From a virus (Duplodnaviria; Caudoviricetes), in IMG/VR virus record IMGVR_UViG_3300049259_000141, positions 1-55,690 of that record: 55,690 bases of DNA, one strand, 5' to 3'. Positions 19,456-26,390 of this stretch are shown in pieces. The position numbers and the translations under genes were made by a program. The notes under the pieces were generated by a model that was not told the DNA's origin, did not search any database, and was given only the letters and a program-made list of their open reading frames with translations. How positions within the stretch are numbered: position 1 is the stretch's first letter; each line of letters begins with the position of its first letter.

Positions 19456-19622
19456 GTCACCACCAGGTAGACGACCAGCGCGACCACGACAGCCAGCGCA
19501 TCGAGAACGGCGATCACGCGCAGGGTTCGCGAGTTGGCCGGCGCGGCCAGGGCCAGCAGCAGGGCCAGCAGCGCCAGCACCGGCAGCAGGTAGATGAGCA
19601 CGGCAGCTTGGTCAGGACGCAT
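19452..19622 (-). CDS. small two-TM membrane protein (56 aa, not in the ORF track)
   Basis: MRPDQAAVLIYLLPVLALLALLLALAAPANSRTLRVIAVLDALAVVVALVVYLVVT, overlapping both neighbours. Confidence 0.6.
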   Translation of the reverse strand: MRPDQAAVLIYLLPVLALLALLLALAAPANSRTLRVIAVLDALAVVVALVVYLVVT

Positions 19623-20019
19623 TGCCCTCACCCCACGGGATCGTCCGGGCCGCCCACATCGGAACCCAGTTCTTCAGCGGCCTCTGTCCGCACCCGCAGC
19701 CCATCATCTGCGACACAGCGACGGTGCCGGCCTCGGTCTCCAGCGTGAAGCCGACCCTCGGCTGCGGCAGGCGCGGCTGGAACTGGAGAGTCGACGTCCA
19801 GTTCATCGGCGAGAAGAACAGGGCCTGCGACAGGTCGTCATCACTGGCAGGCCGGGCGGCGAACACGTAGAGACCGACGTCGGTGACAAACACGCGGACG
19901 GTGTGGCGGTTGGTGCCGTCTGGCAGAACCACGTGCGCCGGGTACCACTGCGCGACGATCGCGCGAGGTGTGGGTGCGCTCGGCTGTGCCGAGTCGATGC
20001 CGTCGAGCTGGGCCGTCAT
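19612..20019 (-). CDS. hypothetical protein
   Basis: 135 aa with a C-terminal GCGCG motif, first gene of the portal operon. Confidence 0.65.
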   Translation of the reverse strand: MTAQLDGIDSAQPSAPTPRAIVAQWYPAHVVLPDGTNRHTVRVFVTDVGLYVFAARPASDDDLSQALFFSPMNWTSTLQFQPRLPQPRVGFTLETEAGTVAVSQMMGCGCGQRPLKNWVPMWAARTIPWGEGNAS

Positions 20020-20204
20020 GGCATCCCCCTTTCGGTTGGATGCCAGGATAGCCAGCGGCCCCGGCGCGCAGTGCGTACCGGGGCCGCAATCAATCGGTCA
20101 GGTGCTGATTCCAATGAGCAGGGCGACTATTGCGGCCGCCACGGCTCCGAGCGCAATGCTGCACCCGTGTTTCTGGCGTCGATGGCTCATGAGAGCAGGA
20201 CGTT

Positions 20205-20543
20205 TCACCGTGCGGGCCGGTTGGCATCCATGGCCGTCAACACCTCGGCGGCCAGCTGCTGCCGCTCGGCGTCACCGGTGTGCACCGCGTCGCCGTACTC
20301 GCGCTGCCACCACGCGATGTTCTCGTCCCGCAACTGCTGCTCGGCGGTGTGCCGGCGCGCGGTGACTTCGGTCTTCACGGCCTTGCGGGCGCGGTAGCCA
20401 CGCGCGATCAGCCACGGCCAACTGAACGGCGCGAGGAACGCGGCGAAGAACACCGTCCAGAACCTCGCCGTCCACGTGGTCGCGGCCGGCATGGCGTACC
20501 AGGCGGTGCCGCCCATGGCCAGCAACAACAGGAAGCCGCTCAT
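20205..20543 (-). CDS. membrane protein
   Basis: Start MSGFLLLLAMGG overlapping the upstream stop (ATGA), two TM segments. Confidence 0.6.
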   Translation of the reverse strand: MSGFLLLLAMGGTAWYAMPAATTWTARFWTVFFAAFLAPFSWPWLIARGYRARKAVKTEVTARRHTAEQQLRDENIAWWQREYGDAVHTGDAERQQLAAEVLTAMDANRPAR

Positions 20544-20947
20544 GTCGTCAACCCACTCTCGAACGCGTCGGCGAGCCCGTCGATCAGTCGTGGGGACGCG
20601 GTGTCGAACCGCGTCCACCTGGTGCCGTCCCCGGCGAGGTACGGCTGCGAATCCTTGCCGTGGCGGGGCCGCAGCAGGACACGCAGGGTCTTGCCAGCAC
20701 GCCGTACCGTCGTCTGCCCGGGGCTGCCGGCGCGGGCCTCCACGCCCTGGTGCGTCAGGGGCAGCCAGACGATCACCGGTGCGGCCGGGCTGGCGTAGCC
20801 GTCGTTGCGGACGTGCTTCGCCCGAATGCCGTAGGCGTGCGGGGTGAGGCCGTTGTGGAGTACCTGGACGATCTGCCACCAGCCGCCGTTGTACTTGACT
20901 TGCATCCCCGGCTTGACGCTGGTGACGGCAATCTTCCTGCTGTGCAT
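20540..20947 (-). CDS. hypothetical protein
   Basis: 135 aa with GAGGAG SD. Confidence 0.65.
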   Translation of the reverse strand: MHSRKIAVTSVKPGMQVKYNGGWWQIVQVLHNGLTPHAYGIRAKHVRNDGYASPAAPVIVWLPLTHQGVEARAGSPGQTTVRRAGKTLRVLLRPRHGKDSQPYLAGDGTRWTRFDTASPRLIDGLADAFESGLTT

Positions 20948-20966
20948 GGCTCCTCAATTCGAGAGG

Positions 20967-20995
20967 GGCCGGCCCGGGGATTGTCCGGGCCGGCC
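20967..20995 (-). terminator. hairpin terminator
   Basis: GGCCGGCCCGG-7 nt-CCGGGCCGGCC after the 21005 stop. Confidence 0.6.
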
Positions 20996-21004
20996 GGGTG
21001 GTGA

Positions 21005-21409
21005 CTAGCGGGCGCGCTGCGGGTTGCGGGCGTTCCAGGCGTCGAAGTAGGGCTGCGCCTCGGCGACGGTGAGGTTCCACTCGCAGGGGTTGTCACCGTG
21101 GCCGCCGGCGCAGAACCAGCCGATGTGCTCGCCGGAGACGAAGGCGGGCCGCAGGTCGACGGTGGTGGCCCAGGCGTAGCGCTGGCCATCCTCGCGGACG
21201 TAACCGGCGTTGTCGCCGAACATGTGGCTGTGGCCGATGACTTTGCCGTCGTGGAAGAGGCCGAAGCAGCGCGAGCAGGTCGAGGCGTAGCCGCCGCTGT
21301 GCCGGCCCGGCTCGTTGTCGTACTCGGTGGGCTGGCCGCAGGTGAAGCACTTGCCGTCGGGGGTGTTGAGCATCCGGCGGTTGAATGCGGCGTTGGTGTG
21401 GTTCAGCAT
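21005..21409 (-). CDS. hypothetical Zn-binding protein
   Basis: CFTC and CSRC pairs, own promoter and terminator, GGAGA SD. Confidence 0.7.
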   Translation of the reverse strand: MLNHTNAAFNRRMLNTPDGKCFTCGQPTEYDNEPGRHSGGYASTCSRCFGLFHDGKVIGHSHMFGDNAGYVREDGQRYAWATTVDLRPAFVSGEHIGWFCAGGHGDNPCEWNLTVAEAQPYFDAWNARNPQRAR

Positions 21410-21448
21410 CTTGGTTCTCCGTTCGGGCTGTTCTGATCTGGTGTAACC

Positions 21449-21478
21449 AGATTAGCCCGATCAACCAGTGGGTGTCAA
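21449..21478 (-). promoter_or_regulatory. promoter (GTTGACACCC family)
   Basis: TTGACA-18 bp-TAATCT. Confidence 0.7.
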
Positions 21479-21486
21479 CACCTATC

Positions 21487-21669
21487 TCAGCCGAGTTTCT
21501 CGATCAACTTCCGAGCCGCCGCATGCGCCCGCGCCGACCGCATCGACCGACCAGCCGCCACGACGTCACCGCGCTGGCGGTCGTTCCTGGCCACCGCAAG
21601 ATGCAGCTCCCACAGCATCCCGTTGTCGACGGGGCCGTGCTCGGATCGGGGTATCGGTGGAGTGATCAC
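21487..21669 (-). CDS. hypothetical protein
   Basis: 60 aa, GTGA overlap with the upstream gene, GGAGG SD. Confidence 0.5.
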   Translation of the reverse strand: MITPPIPRSEHGPVDNGMLWELHLAVARNDRQRGDVVAAGRSMRSARAHAAARKLIEKLG

Positions 21670-21923
21670 TTCACCTCCTTGGCCAGCTGGGCCATCAGGA
21701 CGTGCAGGCGCAGGAACAGGTCACCCACCACGGCCAAGTCCTCGGCCGGGACCCACATCGGCGAGTCGCCGTCGGGGTTGTGCAGCACGATGCCGGCGGG
21801 GGGGCGGCCGCCGGCTGGGCAGTCGCCGCCATGCTCGTCGAGGATGTCGACCATGTAGCCGCGTTCCTCGGCGGGTCGGCGAAATACGGGGTGCGTCTGC
21901 GTGGTCTTGTTCACGGCGGTCAC
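21666..21923 (-). CDS. hypothetical protein
   Basis: 85 aa, translationally coupled. Confidence 0.55.
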   Translation of the reverse strand: MTAVNKTTQTHPVFRRPAEERGYMVDILDEHGGDCPAGGRPPAGIVLHNPDGDSPMWVPAEDLAVVGDLFLRLHVLMAQLAKEVK

Positions 21924-22067
21924 TCGCCGTCCGGGTGCGGCCGGTCGTCATCCGGGTTGACCATGCGGTCGCCCAGTTTGAGGAACTCGGCGAGTTCGAT
22001 CATGTCGATGTCGGTCATAGGTCCATTGAACCCCACTCGCCGATGGGTGTCAACACCAGGGGACAAC

Positions 22068-22105
22068 GAAGGCCCGGGGATACCGTTAAGCAGCCCCGGG
22101 TCTTC
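22068..22105 (-). terminator. terminator of the putative long ncRNA
   Basis: GAAGACCCGGGG...CCCCGGGCCTTC followed by GTTGT on the minus strand. Confidence 0.65.
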
Positions 22106-22196
22106 GCGTGCAGGTCCGCCACGCGTAACGGATCCCTGCGGACTAACAGCTTGACGGGGGCCACGGCGTTCCCGTTCATCACTGCGCGTGCGTCCT

Positions 22197-22275
22197 GCGG
22201 GTGGCCGGGACTCGAACCCGGATCTCGGTTGTCTTTGTCAGCGCGCGCCCGCTCTGGCCATTGAGCTACCACCCA
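22197..22275 (-). tRNA. tRNA-like element with unpaired, enlarged anticodon arm (pseudo-tRNA; loop CU-GAC-AA is Val-like)
   Basis: TGGGTGG/CCACCCG acceptor, TAGCTCAATGGCCAGAGC D-arm, CCGGG-TTCGAGT-CCCGG T-arm. 29 nt between D and T arms with no anticodon stem. No encoded CCA. Confidence 0.65.
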
Positions 22276-22403
22276 ACGGTGTGCACCAGCCCCCGTACTG
22301 GTCCCCTGACCGGGTGCGAGCCGGAAACGGGGAGTGTTCGGGGGGCCGGTGACCACCCGGCGGTTGGCTATCGCGACCCGCCGGTCGCGACTCCTGCCGC
22401 CTT

Positions 22404-22480
22404 GCGTGCTGCCACGGACGCGAACCGTGGATCCCTGACTGACTCCTGCTCAGCCTGCTCTGCCGTTGAGCTACAGCACT
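22404..22480 (-). tRNA. tRNA-like element with non-canonical anticodon loop (pseudo-tRNA)
   Basis: GTGCTG/CAGCAC acceptor, TAGCTCAACGGCAGAGC D-arm, 6-bp GGCTGA/TCAGTC stem with loop GCAGGAG (no U33), CCACGG-TTCGCGT-CCGTGG T-arm (no A58). Confidence 0.65.
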
Positions 22481-22956
22481 CCATCCGGCTGCGTCACCCC
22501 GGTGTTGGCGAGCGGCCCCGCCTCACGCAGTCATCCTGTGCGTTCTGTCCTGACCGCCTGCCGGGTGTCCGCAGATGGTTCAAGTCGGGCGGCGGCGGGG
22601 CCTTGGGAGGACCTTCCCCGGTGGCGACCCGGTTCCGTTCCCCTTGCCGCCCCGCCTCCGAATGTGGTAGCCGAGGCCCCCGCCGACCCTAGCTGTGTCC
22701 TCGGCCCGACGTGCCACGCGCCCGGGGACTCCCTACCTCACCTCACCGCTGCCGTTCCGGTCTATCGTTAGGCTTGCCTAACTGTTCGGATCTCGGGGGC
22801 GGGTCTCGGTGTCTATGGAGTTGTTGTCCCGGCCAGCAGCCTAGCGAGCTTCGGCGTTCAAGGCGACCGCTGGCCGAGGATTATGGATCGGGCACTGCTC
22901 GGGGCTCTCACCCGCAGTGGCGGCAATGCTCGCTGGCTCTGTGCCCGATGACTGCG

Positions 22957-22985
22957 ACGCTACACCCCGACATCGGCGGGGTCAA
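22957..22985 (-). promoter_or_regulatory. promoter driving the non-coding region
   Basis: TTGACC-17 bp-TAGCGT, predicted start near 22950. Confidence 0.65.
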
Positions 22986-23220
22986 CGCCGGTCGGAAGGA
23001 TCAGCAGCGACGGCACGGGCACGTCGCAGCGGCGCACCTGGAAGCCGGCCCATGTCAGCACCGCCGGCCCCCAGAACTTCGGCACCACCACGACCACGCG
23101 TCCGGGGACCAGCACGGCCATGCCGAGCATGGTCAATAGGCAGTCAAGCTGCGCCTGCCACACGTCCGGCAGCGGGCCATCACAGACCGTGAAGGTCGGT
23201 GCGGCATCGGGCGTCAGCAC
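22960..23220 (-). CDS. hypothetical protein
   Basis: 86 aa, overlaps the upstream stop; its 3' end contains the ncRNA promoter. Confidence 0.45.
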   Translation of the reverse strand: MLTPDAAPTFTVCDGPLPDVWQAQLDCLLTMLGMAVLVPGRVVVVVPKFWGPAVLTWAGFQVRRCDVPVPSLLILPTGVDPADVGV

Positions 23221-23642
23221 AGCTCACCGGGGTACGGCCGGTATGCGTCGATGATCTCGGCGACGTACGGGAAGTCGACGGCCTTCACCTTCCGGTAGTC
23301 GGTGTCCTTCGCGAGATGCCGGTTCGTCCACTCGTGCGGAAGGTCCTCGAACTCGACCAGCAGGTCGGACCGCTCCGAGACGTTGCCCGACTTGAGGCGT
23401 CGCCAGGCGAGCATCTCGACGTTCGTCAGCCGCCAGTCAGTCCGTTCGGTGACGTGGCTGCCTGCATAGAGGGTTCGCCGCTTGAATTTGATCACCAGTT
23501 CCTGTGGGGCCCACCTGACGTCATCACCACCATGGGGGTGCCAGAAGTCGGGACGGCCGGCCAGGTTGTACCGCACGACGCGCTCGACGTTGTCGTCAAT
23601 GCTCGGGAGCTGCGTGTCCGTCGTCGGCTCGATGTCGGTCAC
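23214..23642 (-). CDS. hypothetical protein
   Basis: GTG start coupled to the upstream stop, normal high-GC codon pattern. Confidence 0.65.
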   Translation of the reverse strand: MTDIEPTTDTQLPSIDDNVERVVRYNLAGRPDFWHPHGGDDVRWAPQELVIKFKRRTLYAGSHVTERTDWRLTNVEMLAWRRLKSGNVSERSDLLVEFEDLPHEWTNRHLAKDTDYRKVKAVDFPYVAEIIDAYRPYPGELC

Positions 23643-23905
23643 GACTCGACCCCGGCCAGCTTGCGTCGGGCGTGCGCCCGAACGCCGGGACGGCTGCTGC
23701 GGGTGGCGTCGATCCACTGATCCCACAGGCCGCTGAGCGGGTGGCCGCCCATCACCTGTGTGTCGCGGCTGCGGGTAGTGCCTCGATAGCGGCTGCGCCG
23801 CGCCTTGGTGCGCACGGCGGCGCTGGCCATGTTGCGCCGGGCAGCCTTCTGCGTGTGCCGCTGGCCGCGCCGTGTTCCGGTCTCGCTCACTGGGGTGTCC
23901 TCCAT
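23639..23905 (-). CDS. basic hypothetical protein
   Basis: Arg-rich ORF right after a promoter. Confidence 0.5.
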   Translation of the reverse strand: MEDTPVSETGTRRGQRHTQKAARRNMASAAVRTKARRSRYRGTTRSRDTQVMGGHPLSGLWDQWIDATRSSRPGVRAHARRKLAGVES

Positions 23906-23917
23906 TCGATAGCTTTC

Positions 23918-23946
23918 ACGATACGCACTCTACAGCGGGGTGTCAA
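23918..23946 (-). promoter_or_regulatory. promoter (GTTGACACCC family)
   Basis: TTGACA-17 bp-TATCGT. Confidence 0.75.
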
Positions 23947-24074
23947 CCGCGAAGTCCGCAGCAGCACGTCGTGCGCACGCAGCGGCATCCGCAGTTGAAA
24001 CACACGTTGCGCGACTGGCTACCCCGATCGTGGTCGCAGTTGCACACCTTGCACTTGCGACGCCGGCCCGTCAC
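23943..24074 (-). CDS. 43-aa Cys-rich peptide (not in the ORF track)
   Basis: MTGRRRKCKVCNCDHDRGSQSRNVCFNCGCRCVRTTCCCGLRG, 10 Cys, GTGA overlap with the upstream gene. Confidence 0.55.
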   Translation of the reverse strand: MTGRRRKCKVCNCDHDRGSQSRNVCFNCGCRCVRTTCCCGLRG

Positions 24075-24370
24075 TTCGCCTTCCACCACACCTTGATGGT
24101 GCGGCCGAGCAGGCTCGCTTCGATCTTCGCGTCAGCGGCCGGCACGCGGTCGCTCTTCGCCAGCGCGTTGAACAGGTCGGCGGGGTCGACTCCGCGAACC
24201 GGGCGCACCGTGGTCAAGGCCCAGTACCCGGGCTTCCGATTGGTGACGGCGCTGGATGCGGCGGCGAGCACGTCGGCGTCGCTACAGGCGGCCATGACGA
24301 CGCGCGTGCACAGGGCGGCGGCCATGCGGTCTCGCTTCTGCGCGTCTCGCTTCTCCGCGTTCAAGATCAT
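24071..24370 (-). CDS. hypothetical protein
   Basis: ATG at 24370 preceded by GGAGG. Confidence 0.6.
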   Translation of the reverse strand: MILNAEKRDAQKRDRMAAALCTRVVMAACSDADVLAAASSAVTNRKPGYWALTTVRPVRGVDPADLFNALAKSDRVPAADAKIEASLLGRTIKVWWKAK

Positions 24371-24414
24371 TCCTCCATACTGGTTGCATGCAGCAACCAT
24401 TGATTGGCGCCCAA

Positions 24415-24436
24415 GTAAAATCGTTAGTTGCGGTAA
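24415..24436. repeat. left copy of a 22-bp perfect inverted repeat
   Basis: GTAAAATCGTTAGTTGCGGTAA is the reverse complement of 26120-26141. Confidence 0.9.
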
Positions 24437-24450
24437 TCAACCACTCTGGC

Positions 24451-24783
24451 TCACGCGGCCAGCGACGACACCGCCAGCCGGTGGTAGCACTCCCGGCCCC
24501 GCACGCCCGCCGGGCACGTGCAGGCGGCCGGCGCGGTGCGGTACACCTCTCCACCCTTGCTGCTGACGACCAGCCACACACGGCCCGGACGGAGCACCTC
24601 CACCGCGCCATCGGCCAGCAGCTGCTGCGCCTTGTCCAGCTGGGCCGGCTGGGCGGTGCTCGCGGCGAGCTCGGCCTTGGCCTTGCGGTCGCATACCGGG
24701 CCGCGACCGAGGGCGACCGACTTCGCGTCGCGCAGTGTGCGGCCACAGCGGGTGCACTTGCGGGTGGTGGACTGGTCGCTCAT
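24451..24783 (-). CDS. DUF6011-like Zn ribbon plus SWIM-type zinc finger protein
   Basis: 'CTRCGRTLRDAKSVALGRGPVC' and 'CTCPAG...CYH'. Confidence 0.75.
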   Translation of the reverse strand: MSDQSTTRKCTRCGRTLRDAKSVALGRGPVCDRKAKAELAASTAQPAQLDKAQQLLADGAVEVLRPGRVWLVVSSKGGEVYRTAPAACTCPAGVRGRECYHRLAVSSLAA

Positions 24784-24819
24784 CTTGGTTCTCCTTGTGG
24801 CTGCTGGGCTGATACGGCA

Positions 24820-24862
24820 ATACTACACCCCGGGTCGGGGGGTGTCAACACCCGACCCGGGG
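24820..24862 (-). promoter_or_regulatory. promoter with the -35 box inside a 12-bp palindrome
   Basis: TTGACA-17-TAGTAT, arms 24828-24839 / 24851-24862. Confidence 0.8.
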
Positions 24863-24867
24863 GAGTC

Positions 24868-25245
24868 TCAGCCGTTCAGCTTCCGCAGGCCGGCTCGCTT
24901 GGTGGCGAAGGTGCCCTTCTCGCCCTCCATCGTGTAGGTGACCATCGAGGCCGTCAGCGCGACGATCGTGCCCTGGCCGATCCGGGTAGTGACCGTCTGG
25001 CCAACCTCGAAGGTGTCTAGGGCCGGCTTGACCCGCTTTGCGCCCGGCAGGGTCTTCGGGGCCTCGATACCCAGGATCCGGCAGCAGTCCAGGCAGGTGA
25101 CGGGGGCGTTCACGACGGAGAACCCGGCCTCAATGGTCTCGTAACCCGACGCGCGCCGCATGTTGGAGCAGAGGACCGGGTTGCGGTCGGTGGTGGCGGG
25201 GGCGTGGATGGCGGTTCCATTCTTGGCGACCAGGTTCTTCGACAT
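24868..25245 (-). CDS. hypothetical protein
   Basis: 125 aa with H..C..CxxC motif, AAGGAG SD. Confidence 0.7.
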   Translation of the reverse strand: MSKNLVAKNGTAIHAPATTDRNPVLCSNMRRASGYETIEAGFSVVNAPVTCLDCCRILGIEAPKTLPGAKRVKPALDTFEVGQTVTTRIGQGTIVALTASMVTYTMEGEKGTFATKRAGLRKLNG

Positions 25246-25284
25246 TTCCGGCTCCTTGTGGGCTGTTGTTCTCTTGTAAGGACA

Positions 25285-25331
25285 ACACTACGCTCTCTTC
25301 CGGTGGGTGTCAACACACCCACCGGAAGAGA
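25285..25331 (-). promoter_or_regulatory. promoter with the -35 box at the centre of a 17-bp perfect palindrome
   Basis: TTGACA-17-TAGTGT, TCTCTTCCGGTGGGTGT-CAAC-ACACCCACCGGAAGAGA (25294-25331). Confidence 0.85.
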
Positions 25332-25352
25332 TTCCCAAGTCACCCGATCGGA

Positions 25353-25658
25353 CTAGCCGAGAACAATCACGTCCCGGCCGTACTGGTCAAAGCTGTAGGA
25401 CCGCTCGCCCGCGCCCTGCATGTAGGGGACGGCGCAGTTGAACCGGTGGCCCCAGCGTCCGTCTGCCGTCTCGGCGCACCCCTCGCACTGGCCGATCACT
25501 CGGGCGTGCAGGGTGTCGATCTTGGCCTGCCGGCTGATGGCGGCGTCCGGGATCTTGTCCGTCTCGCCGGCCTGCGTCCAGGCGGTGATGTGATCGGTGA
25601 GTCGCACGACCTGGTCGGTCAGCTCTTCGTCGGTGAGGACGGTGCGGAGGTTCTGCAT
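25353..25658 (-). CDS. hypothetical protein
   Basis: 101 aa, CEGC...HRFNC motif, AAGGAG SD. Confidence 0.7.
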   Translation of the reverse strand: MQNLRTVLTDEELTDQVVRLTDHITAWTQAGETDKIPDAAISRQAKIDTLHARVIGQCEGCAETADGRWGHRFNCAVPYMQGAGERSYSFDQYGRDVIVLG

Positions 25659-25696
25659 TTTGGTCTCCTTGTTCTATTCTCTGCCTGACAAGAAGG

Positions 25697-25739
25697 ACAT
25701 TACACGCCCTACCGGTGGGTGTCAACACCACCGGTAGGG
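25697..25739 (-). promoter_or_regulatory. promoter with the -35 box inside a 12-bp palindrome
   Basis: TTGACA-17-TAATGT, arms 25707-25718 / 25728-25739. 25697-25728 is identical (32 bp) to 28007-28038. Confidence 0.85.
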
Positions 25740-25753
25740 TTCACTCGATCGGA

Positions 25754-25999
25754 CTAGTTCGCCACCAACGACTGCCAGTCCAGGCCAAGGGACTTCGCCA
25801 GCTCCACCCCCGTGACCGTGAAGTACGCGAACGCAATACCCCGATCTGAGTGCGTCGTGAGCAGGCCGGCCCGCTTCAGATCGGTCAGGTTGCCCTTCTG
25901 CGCCCGGGTGACCTCCACAATGGGGGTGCCGGACCAGTTGCCGGCGTCGTCGACCAGGGCACGGAACAGCTGGTCGGATGCGGGAGTTAGGTTGGACAT
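25754..25999 (-). CDS. small winged-helix-like protein
   Basis: 'GNLTDLKRAGLLTT...AYFTVTGVELA' resembles a wHTH wing. GGAGG SD. Confidence 0.6.
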   Translation of the reverse strand: MSNLTPASDQLFRALVDDAGNWSGTPIVEVTRAQKGNLTDLKRAGLLTTHSDRGIAFAYFTVTGVELAKSLGLDWQSLVAN

Positions 26000-26042
26000 T
26001 GTGTCCTCCGTTGGGGCTGTTCGTTTCTCTCTGACATGGACT

Positions 26043-26079
26043 ACATTACGCACCCTGTTGCGTGGGTGTCAACACGCAA
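26043..26079 (-). promoter_or_regulatory. promoter with the -35 box inside a 7-bp palindrome
   Basis: TTGACA-18-TAATGT, arms TTGCGTG/CACGCAA. Confidence 0.75.
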
Positions 26080-26119
26080 TCGGCGGGACCGCTCGAATGG
26101 AGCAGTCCCGCCGAAGTGC

Positions 26120-26141
26120 TTACCGCAACTAACGATTTTAC
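26120..26141. repeat. right copy of the 22-bp perfect inverted repeat
   Basis: TTACCGCAACTAACGATTTTAC. Confidence 0.9.
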
Positions 26142-26390
26142 CTACCCCACCACACCGCCGTGATGTGAGCACGCACCCTGACGGTGCGCCGCCATACTGG
26201 TCGTGCCGTCGGCGCAATGCCAGCCGGACGGCGCTGACGGGGTCGAGCTGACCGGCGGCGCTGACGCGGCTGTGGCCGGCGCGGGCACGCTGGTTGTGCG
26301 CTCTGCGGGCACCGGATCTGGTTGCTGTTCGCAACTAACGACCGTCATCCCCAGACACAACGCGACCGCGAGCAGGCCGGCCCTATGCAT
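26142..26390 (-). CDS. DUF3761-like lipoprotein
   Basis: Signal peptide ending VVSC, C-terminal 'CADGTTSMAAHRQGACSHHGGV'. Confidence 0.7.
   Translation of the reverse strand: MHRAGLLAVALCLGMTVVSCEQQPDPVPAERTTSVPAPATAASAPPVSSTPSAPSGWHCADGTTSMAAHRQGACSHHGGVVG

Larger units (their letters stand above)
22060..22950 (-). ncRNA. putative ~890-nt structured non-coding RNA with two tRNA-like modules
   Basis: Own promoter (22957-22985) and terminator, no credible ORF, many perfect or near-perfect helices, two cloverleaf-like elements. Confidence 0.6.

Noticed and set aside
22197-22480. Calling these functional tRNA-Val(GAC) and tRNA-Pro(AGG)
   Set aside because: Anticodon stem absent in one, U33 and A58 missing in the other; reported as tRNA-like only.
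22015-22771. ORFs called within the putative ncRNA (22015..22356, 22201..22692, 22466..22771)
   Set aside because: No convincing SD or protein-like composition, and they overlap the tRNA-like elements and terminator.
26331-26341. Partial third copy (GCAACTAACGA) of the 22-bp repeat
   Set aside because: Only 11 nt and inside a coding region, so it may be chance.
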